DNA of 64,000 nt from the NCBI GenBank assembly GCA_002699445.1, contig PAAU01000022.1, positions 16,827 to 80,826 on the forward strand, in the 5' to 3' direction. Shown piece after piece: positions 35,953-46,288 of this stretch. Both the position numbers and the translations under genes were made by a program. The notes beneath the pieces were generated by a model, which worked only from the letters and a program-made list of their open reading frames with translations, was not told the DNA's origin and searched no databases. The first letter of the stretch is position 1. The number at the start of each line of letters is the position of its first letter. The stretch comes from Micrococcales bacterium (lineage in GTDB: Bacteria; Actinomycetota; Actinomycetes; S36-B12; GCA-2699445).

Positions 35953-36899
35953 CTCACCGATCGGTCAAAGCGATATTTGTCGCTCTTCCCCGCGGCAATC
36001 ACAAAAGCTAGTCCTGCCAGGATGAGTAGTACTCCCGGTAGCAGTTGAATCGGTGGAAACACCCCTAACCACACTGCAGCCACCAAGATCGCACCTGGCA
36101 CTTCGAGTAGCAGCGCTAGGCCGACTGTTGTTGGCGGCAGCCTCTTTAGCACCACGTTCACCAAGGAGTGCCCTAACAGTTGGGCAAGAACTGTAAGTGC
36201 GCCGATGAGTATCCAGTCTCGAGGCTCGTATCCGGTCAGTTCGACTCCACCTACCAGGCACGCCACAAGCAAACCGGCGGCCGCCAGTCCATAGACGACC
36301 GCGCTGTACTGCCCGGCTCCCAAATCCTTGCGGGCTTTGGCGCCAGTCATTATGTAGGCAGCACCAGCCAACCCACCTAACAAGGCAAGACCGTCTCCAA
36401 ACAGTGCCGAAGGGCTCGTCGCCACATCCACCCCCGTAATGAGCAATACACCGATCATGGCGGCTCCTACACCTACCCAGAGCCATCGAGAAACGGGGTA
36501 TCCCAAAATTCGGGCGAACAACGCTGTCCAGATAGGGACGGTCGAGACAAGGGCGGTCGCAGCCGCGACGGAAGTGAACCGAAGCGAAGGAAGAAAGGTT
36601 GCGAAATGCAATGCCAACATGACACCGGCGGCTAGAACTATCCAGGACTGGGATCGTAGCGACTGAAATGATTCGCGTCGAACTACAAGCCATCCGGCAG
36701 TCAGGAGTGCACCCAAGGCACAGCGCCAGAACGCAATTGCGAGAGCAGGAGCCCCGCATGCGACCACAATCGGTGCAGCGGTAGATACGGCAAGAACTGC
36801 TACCGCCAGCAGAACCCAGTCGCCATTTGTGGGGGCAATCGAGTGATTGGAACGACCCATACCCCTATCCAACACCTCAGACTCTTGCGTTAATACCAC
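35949..36899 (-). CDS. EamA/DMT-family transporter
   Basis: 316-aa ORF with about 10 predicted TM helices in two EamA repeats. The start is uncertain. Confidence 0.8.
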   Translation of the reverse strand: MVLTQESEVLDRGMGRSNHSIAPTNGDWVLLAVAVLAVSTAAPIVVACGAPALAIAFWRCALGALLTAGWLVVRRESFQSLRSQSWIVLAAGVMLALHFATFLPSLRFTSVAAATALVSTVPIWTALFARILGYPVSRWLWVGVGAAMIGVLLITGVDVATSPSALFGDGLALLGGLAGAAYIMTGAKARKDLGAGQYSAVVYGLAAAGLLVACLVGGVELTGYEPRDWILIGALTVLAQLLGHSLVNVVLKRLPPTTVGLALLLEVPGAILVAAVWLGVFPPIQLLPGVLLILAGLAFVIAAGKSDKYRFDRSVS

Positions 36900-36955
36900 C
36901 CCTGCTCAGGATAGAACCCCACAATTCGACACTTTTTGCCACTAGCCTGCAAAGC

Positions 36956-38215
36956 ATGAGCGGGTCGACAACCAGAATCTTTGTCGCGCGCCTAGCCGGC
37001 GTCCCAGTATTCGATCCAAACGGGGACCAAGTCGGACGGGTGCGTGACTTCGTCGTGTCCCTGCTTAGCGCCGACAGACCGCCGCGCGTTCTTGGAATCT
37101 TGCTAGAGGTCCCGCCCAGGCGGCGTATTTTCTTGCCTATCGGTAGAGTGCGATCCTTCGCGGCCGAACAGGTCGTGGTATCCGGAGTAGTCAACCTGCG
37201 ACGATTCGAAAAGCGACGACCAGAGACATTGGTGCTGGGCGAGTTGCTGGACCGCTCGATACAACTCAATGATGCGGCCAGTAACGCCACCATCGTTGAC
37301 GTCGCGATTGAGCAGAATCGCACTCGGGACTGGGACATAACCAAGTTATATGTCAAGCAGGGCGGTGGGTTTCGACGCAAAGGGCAATCGCTCATCGTCA
37401 GTTGGGACGACGTCACTGGTCTGCAGCGCAGTTCCGCAAAGCAAGGTACTGATGCCTTGCTAGCCAGCATCGATTCACTTCGACCTGCCGACCTCGCCAC
37501 GATGCTGCAAGAGTTGCCGAAAAATCGAAGATTCGAGGTAGCCGGGTCCTTAGAGGACACCCGGTTGGCTCAGGTCCTTGGTGAGCTCAACGAAGAAAAT
37601 GCCGCGCAAATCTTGTCTCGTCTCGACGTCGAACGAGCTGCCGACGTTCTAGAGGAGATGGATCCAGACGATGCGACTGACCTTGTCCTTGAGCTGCCCC
37701 TGAGCCAACGGTCAGTCTTGCTGCAGCGGATGGAAGACGAGGAAGCCGAAGACATTCGATTGCTGCTTCGCTATGACGAAGATTCCGCGGGCGGGCTTAT
37801 GACTACCGAGCCTGTGATCGTGGGACCCGATGCCACAATTGCGGATGCGCTCGCCCGAGTGCGCGACTTCTCCTTACCGCCATCATTGGCGGCTCAGGTA
37901 TACGTCGTTCGCCCACCACTGGAGTCACCCACCGGCAAATTCTTGGGGGTCGCACACATCCAAGCTCTTCTGCGTGATCCACCATCCTCACTGGTGCTTA
38001 ACGTTGCAGACCCGGAGTTGGAGCCGATTTCACCCCAGACCTCGATTGACGACGTGGCACGCTACTTCGCTACCTATAACCTGGTTGCTGTACCTATCGT
38101 TGACGACAGTGATCACCTGCTAGGCGCGGTCACTGTCGATGATCTCGTCGACCATATGCTTCCGGAAGATTGGCGTGATGAAGCCTCAGTTGAGGAGGTG
38201 AACTCCGATGGCTGA
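36956..38215 (+). CDS. MgtE-N/CBS-pair domain protein with N-terminal PRC-barrel-like region (no transporter membrane domain)
   Basis: 419 aa from ATG 36956. It has MgtE intracellular N-domain acidic repeats (LEEMDPDDATDLVLEL) followed by a CBS pair, and ends without any TM domain. Conserved actinobacterial neighbour of DUF1003 and mrp. Confidence 0.75.
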   Translation: MSGSTTRIFVARLAGVPVFDPNGDQVGRVRDFVVSLLSADRPPRVLGILLEVPPRRRIFLPIGRVRSFAAEQVVVSGVVNLRRFEKRRPETLVLGELLDRSIQLNDAASNATIVDVAIEQNRTRDWDITKLYVKQGGGFRRKGQSLIVSWDDVTGLQRSSAKQGTDALLASIDSLRPADLATMLQELPKNRRFEVAGSLEDTRLAQVLGELNEENAAQILSRLDVERAADVLEEMDPDDATDLVLELPLSQRSVLLQRMEDEEAEDIRLLLRYDEDSAGGLMTTEPVIVGPDATIADALARVRDFSLPPSLAAQVYVVRPPLESPTGKFLGVAHIQALLRDPPSSLVLNVADPELEPISPQTSIDDVARYFATYNLVAVPIVDDSDHLLGAVTVDDLVDHMLPEDWRDEASVEEVNSDG

Positions 38216-38750
38216 TCGTTCGCTACGCAAAAAACAGAAGGCTCGCGGTCTCGATGAACCGATGGATCGTGGTCCGGGGCTGCGGATGCAGTACGACCCC
38301 GAACGAGTCGGTCGTTTTAGTGAACGGGTAGCTCGTTTTCTTGGCACCTGGCGGTTCATCATCTGGATGACCTTGTTCATCGTCTTTTGGATCGTCCTTA
38401 ACGTCTTCATCGCGTTCGGTCGATCCCCGGACGAGACCCCAGACCCGTATCCCTTTATTTTCCTCACGCTGCTGCTCTCGCTACAAGCGTCCTATGCCGC
38501 TCCACTGATCCTTCTTGCTCAGAACCGACAAGACGACCGCGATCGAGTCCAGTGGTCCGAAGACCGCGACCGCTCGGAACGGCTTATGGCTGATACCGAA
38601 TATCTAGTGCGTGAAGTCGCCGCATTGAGACACGCCCTTGGCGAGAGCGCTACTCGCGACTACGTCCGAAGTGAATTGCGCAACGCCCTCGACGAGATTC
38701 GTGATCTTCTCGAGGAGACGCAGGATGAACAGTCGGAAAGAGATTACTGA
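38208..38750 (+). CDS. DUF1003 membrane protein
   Basis: 180-aa ORF with two TM helices, then a QNRQDDRD motif and a coiled C-terminus. 8-nt overlap with the upstream gene. Confidence 0.7.
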   Translation: MADRSLRKKQKARGLDEPMDRGPGLRMQYDPERVGRFSERVARFLGTWRFIIWMTLFIVFWIVLNVFIAFGRSPDETPDPYPFIFLTLLLSLQASYAAPLILLAQNRQDDRDRVQWSEDRDRSERLMADTEYLVREVAALRHALGESATRDYVRSELRNALDEIRDLLEETQDEQSERDY

Positions 38751-38811
38751 TTTCGGGCTCTATTAGGGCCCGGAATCAGCAAGTGTGACTGCTTCCGCTT
38801 AGCCTGTTTCT

Positions 38812-39945
38812 ATGGCCTCAGTCGAGCGAGAAGCGATCATGGCGGCGCTAGCGACCGTCGAAGATCCCGAGATTCACCGCCCAATCACTGACTTAGGGAT
38901 GGTGGCCGCAGTCGATATCGACGGCGGAAGCGTTGCCGTCACGGTGCTACTTACCGTCAGCGGTTGCCCAATGAAGACGGAGATTATCCAACGGGTGACT
39001 TCTGCAACTTCAGAGGTGCCTGGTGTCACCAATGTCTCGGTAGAGCTTGGCGTCATGACTGATGAACAACGCACCAAGATGCGCGAATCTCTTCGCGGTC
39101 CGGCTAAGGAGATCTTGTTCAACCGTCCCGGTTCCTTAACGAAGATCTACGCAGTCGCCTCCGGAAAGGGCGGAGTCGGAAAGTCTTCGATCACGGTCAA
39201 TCTGGCAGTGGCGTTAGCGGCCAGAGGGCGAACCGTTGGTCTCCTCGATGCAGATATCTACGGCCATTCCATTCCCGGAATGCTGGGACTCGACCGTAAC
39301 CCCACCGTGGTTGACGGCATGCTGCTGCCTCCCGAGGCCAATGGCGTTCGAGCGATCTCTATGTTGCCCTTTAAACCTGGCGGTTCAGCCGAACCAGTGG
39401 CCTTTCGCGGTCCGATGTTGCATCGTGCCTTGGAGCAGTTCCTCACCGACGTATGGTGGGGCGATCTGGACATTCTCTTGCTAGATCTGCCGCCTGGCAC
39501 CGGGGATGTGGCCATCTCCACCGCACAGTTGCTCCCCACCGCAGAACTGCTGATAGTGACGACTCCGCAGCGTGCGGCTGCTGAAGTAGCGGTTCGTGCC
39601 GGGATGTTGGCGCAACAGACGCACCAAAAAATTGCCGGCGTGATCGAAAATATGAGTGCTTTCCCGTGCCCACACTGCGGCGAGCCCACAGACTTGTTCG
39701 GGTCCGGCGGTGGCGATTCGGTCGCTGCATCGTTAAGCCAAGCGTTGGGTACGGACATTCCGTTACTCGGTCGAGTGCCTTTTGATGTCAGATTGCGGGA
39801 GGGCGGCGATGGTGGTGAGCCGCTGTCTGCTGAAGAGCCAGATTCTCCGGCAGGTATGGCAGTTTCGGCGATTGCCGATCAGCTGGCCGCCAAGAAGCGT
39901 GGGCTCGCCGGAATGAGTCTTAGCGTCACCCCAGCTGGGCGCTGA
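38812..39945 (+). CDS. mrp: Fe-S cluster carrier ATPase Mrp/ApbC (N-terminal DUF59/MIP18 domain)
   Basis: Deviant Walker A ASGKGGVGKSS, CPHCG cluster-ligand motif and an N-terminal DUF59 domain. Confidence 0.9.
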   Translation: MASVEREAIMAALATVEDPEIHRPITDLGMVAAVDIDGGSVAVTVLLTVSGCPMKTEIIQRVTSATSEVPGVTNVSVELGVMTDEQRTKMRESLRGPAKEILFNRPGSLTKIYAVASGKGGVGKSSITVNLAVALAARGRTVGLLDADIYGHSIPGMLGLDRNPTVVDGMLLPPEANGVRAISMLPFKPGGSAEPVAFRGPMLHRALEQFLTDVWWGDLDILLLDLPPGTGDVAISTAQLLPTAELLIVTTPQRAAAEVAVRAGMLAQQTHQKIAGVIENMSAFPCPHCGEPTDLFGSGGGDSVAASLSQALGTDIPLLGRVPFDVRLREGGDGGEPLSAEEPDSPAGMAVSAIADQLAAKKRGLAGMSLSVTPAGR

Positions 39946-40618
39946 CAACCATTACAGGCAGATAAGCCGCCGGAACTACGGCTCCACCGGCTTCACTATC
40001 ACTGAAAATTAAGTTTATTCGCGACGACATCTGCGGCCAAGCGAATACCGGCAACGCTTGTCGAACCTCAGACTCGGCTCTAATCCAGGTCGGTTCGATG
40101 TTGTCTTGCCCGTCAAACATGGTGACCGGATCCTCCGCGCCGTCGGCAAGGTACTCCACCCAGGCTTGGTTGTGGGCAAGGTAGGCGCCCTGCGCTGTAA
40201 TCATCTCGTCATGCCATGGCAAAAAACTCAATGAAGCCACCTCAGCACCGGCCTGTGCGACCTCGTCTCGGCCAGCGGCAGCCGTAGCCTTCAAATCCTG
40301 GTTACGTTTCAAGTCGCTCTCGTCAGGATCATCGGGGATCTCTGTTGCGATTCCTTCTTGGGCAATCTTCATCTGATTTTCCGATGCTTCGATCGCAGTC
40401 AACAACCGCGTCATCTCGATGTTTCGGGCGGCCCAATCAGCGACAGCCATCAGTGCGGCCAAGAAAATAAGTCCCACACTGAACCAAAACAACATTTTGA
40501 CCCAGATTGGCGTCGGGCGAGGCTGAGACCTCGTCGCTATCGGTTGCGGCATGACCGCTTGCTGCGGGGCATCAGGCGGGGGATAGCCAGAGTTTTCCAC
40601 CCCTCCACTGTGGCGCAC
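39926..40618 (-). CDS. Single-pass membrane protein, unknown function
   Basis: 230-aa ORF with a Pro-rich cytoplasmic N-terminus, one TM helix (MLFWFSVGLIFLAALMAV) and an extracytoplasmic domain. 20-nt convergent overlap with mrp. Confidence 0.5.
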   Translation of the reverse strand: MRHSGGVENSGYPPPDAPQQAVMPQPIATRSQPRPTPIWVKMLFWFSVGLIFLAALMAVADWAARNIEMTRLLTAIEASENQMKIAQEGIATEIPDDPDESDLKRNQDLKATAAAGRDEVAQAGAEVASLSFLPWHDEMITAQGAYLAHNQAWVEYLADGAEDPVTMFDGQDNIEPTWIRAESEVRQALPVFAWPQMSSRINLIFSDSEAGGAVVPAAYLPVMVVSAQLG

Positions 40619-40678
40619 GCGAATCCAACCAGCCTCTCGGGGGGTCTTTGTTGAATGATCCGCGGCAGTGACAGAACG

Positions 40679-41476
40679 TTAGGAACCGGAAAATCCGCTC
40701 GCGGGCCCTGCCAAGTCCCAGCCGCCGTCGGCCACGATAGTTTGCCCAGTGATGTAGTCACCGGCAGGCGAGACTAGGAACGCAACCATGGCAGCGACCT
40801 CATCGGGCTGCTGTAACCGCCCCAGCGGAATGACTCCCCCGACCTGCTCTGGGTTGAGACCATACTTCGATGCCCAAGCATCGGTATAGACGATTCCTGG
40901 GGCAACTGCTGACGTGCGGATTCCATGTCGCGCCCACTCCTGCGCCCATGTCGAGGTGAGACTTTCCACTCCGGCGCGGGCTGCTGATGAATGGGACATA
41001 CCGGGCAAGCCACGACGCGGCGTCATAGTGATGGATACGACTTTTCCGTAGCCATCGGGGATCATGCTCCTGCGGGCAATTTGCGTGGTGACCCGCCAAA
41101 CCGCGTCCAGGTTCAATCGGGTGACTGCCCTAAATCCCTTTTCAGAAATATCTTCTGCAGGCGACAGGAACTGTCCGCCGGCATTATTCACAACCGTATC
41201 GAGGCCGCCGAACTCTGCCATTGCTCTGTCGACGGCAGCCGATACCTCGGCTTCGTCGCGTACATCGGTGCTGTGGCCAATCGCCCTGCCGCCCGCTTCT
41301 TCGATCATAGAGACAGTCTCAGCCAACGGCTCCTCCCGACGGCCGACACAGAAGACCTCGGCTCCAAGTCCACCGAGCACTGTGGCGATCGAGCGACCGA
41401 TGCCTGATCCAGCACCTGAAACCCAAGCCTTACGATTCGCCAAACAGTTGGGAGCGAAGACTTCCGCGGCACTCAT
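40679..41476 (-). CDS. Short-chain dehydrogenase/reductase (SDR)
   Basis: 265 aa from ATG 41476, with the [10 protein letters not shown] cofactor motif. ATGA overlap with the upstream DUF2530 gene. The longer ORF-track start is unlikely. Confidence 0.8.
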   Translation of the reverse strand: MSAAEVFAPNCLANRKAWVSGAGSGIGRSIATVLGGLGAEVFCVGRREEPLAETVSMIEEAGGRAIGHSTDVRDEAEVSAAVDRAMAEFGGLDTVVNNAGGQFLSPAEDISEKGFRAVTRLNLDAVWRVTTQIARRSMIPDGYGKVVSITMTPRRGLPGMSHSSAARAGVESLTSTWAQEWARHGIRTSAVAPGIVYTDAWASKYGLNPEQVGGVIPLGRLQQPDEVAAMVAFLVSPAGDYITGQTIVADGGWDLAGPASGFSGS

Positions 41477-41745
41477 GACGATTCTCCTGACGTTGATTCG
41501 GCTTCTCGGGCGCGCCGATAAACCGACCGACGTCTCCGGGTGTACCAAAGTCCAGGCACACCGAGTGCGGCACCGGTAGCTGCAACCCAAATCCACCAGT
41601 CCGCATCATTGGCTGCCAACTGGTTGCGGAATAGCACTAGTGCCACTAGGGCTACTAACCAGAGCACCGTCCCGGTTGCGATGGCACCAACACCATCCAC
41701 ATCGAGTGGCTTCACCTCTTCCGGCCAGTTGCTTCCCTCAGACAT
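41473..41745 (-). CDS. DUF2530 small membrane protein
   Basis: 90-aa ORF with two TM helices and a basic C-terminus ([16 protein letters not shown]). Typical actinobacterial DUF2530 pattern. Confidence 0.65.
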   Translation of the reverse strand: MSEGSNWPEEVKPLDVDGVGAIATGTVLWLVALVALVLFRNQLAANDADWWIWVAATGAALGVPGLWYTRRRRSVYRRAREAESTSGESS

Positions 41746-41933
41746 CAGATTTCCTCACTCCTGCAGGCTATCGGACAGTTCCGCCTAATCACGGCCGCAA
41801 CAACCGGACCCGTCACAGGAGGGCCCCAATAACCACTAGAAGAACCAATAGACCGAGAACCGCAAGGGTAATCAATCGGCGGCTGCGCGGATCCACGGCT
41901 ATCAACGAATGTGCCACTGGCTAGAGCCAGCAA

Positions 41934-42560
41934 CTACTTTCTGGAATCGAACTCGAGAAGAACGACCTTTTCGCCGGGCTGGTAGTCGCTATCGCTGACA
42001 AGGGTGACATCCGATGTCTCTCCAGGCTGAAGACCTCTAATCGCTGACGTGGCGGTTGCTACCGGAACGCCGTCGATGTAAACGTAGGCCTTGGCCTTGC
42101 CATTCAGCTCCTGCCCAGAGACGTTTTCAAGCTGGCCCTGGACCACCAGAACGCCCTGTTGGGACAAGATGGCATATTGAGTCATCCCTAGTTCGTCCGT
42201 AAAAGTATCGCTGGCATCCGGGGCGGGCGGCGGTCCGCCTTGTTCTTCCTTCTTGTTTTTCTTGCTGTCATCGGAGTTCTGTGCCTCAGCTTCTCGGTCA
42301 AGATCGGCCTCGGTCTTATCTAGTTCAGCAGCTTCCTCAGCGGCAGCATTGCGCTCGGCCACTATCTCAGCAGCACGCTGCTGTTCCGCGGTAAGGACTA
42401 CCCCCTGACCTATATTAATCGACCAAAACCAGGCGACCATGAGACCGAGAGCGAGGAGGGCCACTATAGATCCCACTAAAAGCACCTTGGGATGGTGCGG
42501 CACCACGTCGGGGCGCCGATCAACAGACGAGTGTTTCGGCTTAGATGTCACGTCGCTCAC
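41934..42560 (-). CDS. Membrane-anchored protein with C-terminal DUF4352-like Ig-fold domain
   Basis: 208-aa ORF with an N-terminal TM anchor, a charged linker and a beta-rich C-terminus (KAYVYIDGVPVATATSAIRGLQPGETSDVTLV). Confidence 0.55.
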   Translation of the reverse strand: MSDVTSKPKHSSVDRRPDVVPHHPKVLLVGSIVALLALGLMVAWFWSINIGQGVVLTAEQQRAAEIVAERNAAAEEAAELDKTEADLDREAEAQNSDDSKKNKKEEQGGPPPAPDASDTFTDELGMTQYAILSQQGVLVVQGQLENVSGQELNGKAKAYVYIDGVPVATATSAIRGLQPGETSDVTLVSDSDYQPGEKVVLLEFDSRK

Positions 42561-42621
42561 CTGCCCAGGTTATGTGGTCGATCAGTCATATTTCCGCAAG
42601 GCCTCCATACTGTCCCCCGAT

Positions 42622-43779
<1,158 letters not shown>

Positions 43780-43862
43780 CTACTTCTTAACGGTAAATCA
43801 GAGCAACCCCGATAGTGGAACCGCCTACCTGACAATCCACTGGATCGTTGGGTAGGGCAAAC

Positions 43863-44996
43863 TCATCCGTTTTCCGGAACAACCCCATCAGTAAAGAGCG
43901 CTGGATCCCAGCCGGGCACCTGCTCAGGGCGCCTTGGCCTCGGCCCGACGTAGCGGGCGGAGGGCCGAATCAAACGACCCGTCTTCTTTTGCTCCAGAAT
44001 ATGGGCGCTCCAGCCTGCCAGCCGGGCGCAAGTGAACATCGACGTAAACAGATGCGGCGGAACTTCAGCAAAATCGAGTACGATCGCTGCCCAAAATTCT
44101 ACGTTCGTCTCAAGAACTCGATCGGGCCGACGGTCTCGTAGTTCCGCCAGCGCAGCCTTTTCCAGCGCTTCAGCAACTTCATATCGAGGCGCATTTAGTT
44201 CCAGGGCCGTCCGACGCAGCACTCTTGCTCGCGGGTCCTCGGCTCGGTAAACCCGGTGACCAAATCCCATCAAGCGTTCGCCACGATCCAGGACTCCGCG
44301 CACATAGCCCTGTGGATCCCCAGACTCTTCGATTCCTTCAATCATCCCCAATACTCGGGACGGGGCCCCACCGTGGAGTGGACCCGACATGGCCCCAACC
44401 GCTCCAGATATAGCTGCGGCCACGTCCGCTCCAGTCGAAGCAATGACGCGACCAGTAAAAGTTGAGGCGTTCATTCCGTGTTCTGCCGCTGATACGAAAT
44501 AGGCATCGACAGCTTTGACGTGAGCGGGATCTGGCTCGCCACGCCACCTGATCATCATGCGTTCAACAATCGACTTCGCAGTATCGATCTCTGATTGCGG
44601 CACCATTGGAACCGCATTGCCGCGCGCTGATTGGGCGACGAAAGACATCGCCATCACTGATACATGAGCCAAGTTCTCTCTGGCGGTTTCATCATCGATA
44701 TCCAGCAACGGTTGAAGACCCCATCCTGGTGCGAGCATGGCAATCGCAGATTGAACGTCAACACGCACATCACCGGAGTGAACCGGGATCGGGTAGGGCT
44801 CTGCTGGTGGCAGCCCAGGATTAAATTCATTGTCAACCAATAACCCCCACACATTGGCAAATGAAACTCGCCCCACGAGGTCTTCGATGTCTACACCGCG
44901 ATATCGCAGTGAACCGCCGTCCTTGTCCGGCTCAGCGATCTCCGTCTCGAAAGCGATGACGCCTTCCAAACCGGGCGCAAACTCCGCCATCCGCAA
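43863..44996 (-). CDS. citA: Citrate synthase 2 (CitA-like, type I short form)
   Basis: 377-aa ORF with citrate synthase motifs GPLHGGA and GFGHRVY. Confidence 0.9.
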   Translation of the reverse strand: MRMAEFAPGLEGVIAFETEIAEPDKDGGSLRYRGVDIEDLVGRVSFANVWGLLVDNEFNPGLPPAEPYPIPVHSGDVRVDVQSAIAMLAPGWGLQPLLDIDDETARENLAHVSVMAMSFVAQSARGNAVPMVPQSEIDTAKSIVERMMIRWRGEPDPAHVKAVDAYFVSAAEHGMNASTFTGRVIASTGADVAAAISGAVGAMSGPLHGGAPSRVLGMIEGIEESGDPQGYVRGVLDRGERLMGFGHRVYRAEDPRARVLRRTALELNAPRYEVAEALEKAALAELRDRRPDRVLETNVEFWAAIVLDFAEVPPHLFTSMFTCARLAGWSAHILEQKKTGRLIRPSARYVGPRPRRPEQVPGWDPALFTDGVVPENG

Positions 44997-45087
44997 CCAC
45001 TCCTCTTACTACTCCGCCTATGATTCAACCCGATCGATCCATTTTGTGGAACACCGGCTCTACAAAAACTTCAGTTTTTGTTTTTAG

Positions 45088-45777
45088 CTAGGGCGCCAAT
45101 CTTTCGAGTCCCCAGGCTGATGCATCATCCAACCTGGCCTCCGCCTGCAGCGATTCAAACCGAATTCGATCGTGCAACCGCGAAGGTTGCCCTTGCCAAA
45201 ACTCCACTACTGTTGGTTTGATCCGGTACCCACCCCAGCGCTCCGGGAGCGGAACCGGAACATCTTCCGGAAAGCGCTGTTCCGCCTCCGTAATGCGCTC
45301 GACTAGGTCCTCACGTGATGCGATGACCTGTGACTGTGGTGAAGCCCATGCCCCGATTTGGGCACCGCGCGGCCGAGTCGCAAAGTAGCTAGCTGCCACC
45401 TGTCGACCTAGTGGTACCACTGGCCCCCGCACTCTCACTTGCCGATATTGGGCCAACCAAGCAAAAACTGCCGCAGCTCGACTGTCTTGGGCAAGATCTT
45501 GCGCCTTGACCGAATCAAGGTTGGTGTAGAAGGTGACACCGTAAGGATCCACATCCTTGGCTAGTACCACGCGAACCTGAGGACCATCAGGTCCGCAGGT
45601 GGCCAGACTCATTGCATTCGGTTCCGGGACTTCCGCCGCTTGCGCCTCGGCTAGCCACTTTGAAAATTGAGACAGGGGTGTGTCCGCAACATCTGCCTCC
45701 GCAAGGCCAGGAACGGCGTAGTCCACCCTCGCTCGCGTGATGTCTCCTGAGGCTCTCGCCTCATCTGGTGCTACCAC
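45088..45777 (-). CDS. pdxH: Pyridoxamine 5'-phosphate oxidase
   Basis: EPNAMSLAT, RPRGAQIGAWASPQS and WGGYRIKPTVVEFWQG are collinear with M. tuberculosis PdxH. The start overlaps the upstream RHH-protein gene by 7 nt. Confidence 0.9.
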   Translation of the reverse strand: MVAPDEARASGDITRARVDYAVPGLAEADVADTPLSQFSKWLAEAQAAEVPEPNAMSLATCGPDGPQVRVVLAKDVDPYGVTFYTNLDSVKAQDLAQDSRAAAVFAWLAQYRQVRVRGPVVPLGRQVAASYFATRPRGAQIGAWASPQSQVIASREDLVERITEAEQRFPEDVPVPLPERWGGYRIKPTVVEFWQGQPSRLHDRIRFESLQAEARLDDASAWGLERLAP

Positions 45778-46286
45778 CGGTCTGGATCTGTGAACCAGGC
45801 GCCGAGAATCTCAGTCAGCAACGCATCGGTTGATACACCAGAAGCCTTTGCCGCTTCTCTTAGTTCGGTTCGTAATGGGCGCGGGATCTGAGCCTTCAAG
45901 GTCGCCTGCTTCTTTCCAGAGGTGACCAATGCGTCCGACGTAGCACGTCCGGCCCCTCGAAAACGTCGAGAGGAGGACAACAGGAGGGGCCCGTTCTCGG
46001 ACTGCGTGTCTGAAGATGCCGCCGATTTATCCTTAGCCGTTCTAGCAGCGGCCTTGGCCTTTTTTTTCTTCTTTTGCTTCTTCGCTTTCTTAGCCTTGAT
46101 CTTCTCTTTCGTCTCAGAAGGCTGTGGCAGTTCGGGCGCAATAGGTTGGTTGGGATCGACCGTTTGCTTACTTCTCGTACCGTCCGTCAGGTCGAGGACT
46201 GGAGCAGTGGCATCCGGAACCACAACTAGGGCTGGATGCACCTCGGCATCAGCGGCGCGACGAAGTGCTGGTCTTGGTTGCGACAT
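45771..46286 (-). CDS. Lysine-rich protein with C-terminal ribbon-helix-helix (CopG/ParG-like) DNA-binding domain
   Basis: 171-aa ORF. The central segment KEKIKAKKAKKQKKKKKAKAAARTAKDK is disordered and basic. The C-terminal KQATLKAQIPRPLRTELREAAKASGVSTDALLTEILGAWF fits a beta-alpha-alpha RHH pattern. It starts 2 nt after the parA stop. Confidence 0.6.
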   Translation of the reverse strand: MSQPRPALRRAADAEVHPALVVVPDATAPVLDLTDGTRSKQTVDPNQPIAPELPQPSETKEKIKAKKAKKQKKKKKAKAAARTAKDKSAASSDTQSENGPLLLSSSRRFRGAGRATSDALVTSGKKQATLKAQIPRPLRTELREAAKASGVSTDALLTEILGAWFTDPDRW

Positions 46287-46288
46287 GG

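Noticed and set aside
38772-38800. GGAAT pentamers upstream of mrp (38772), of kgd (12232), of senX3 (56768) and inside sodX (21254), considered as further SigH promoters
   Set aside because: None has GTT at N17-N19 downstream, so they were not counted.
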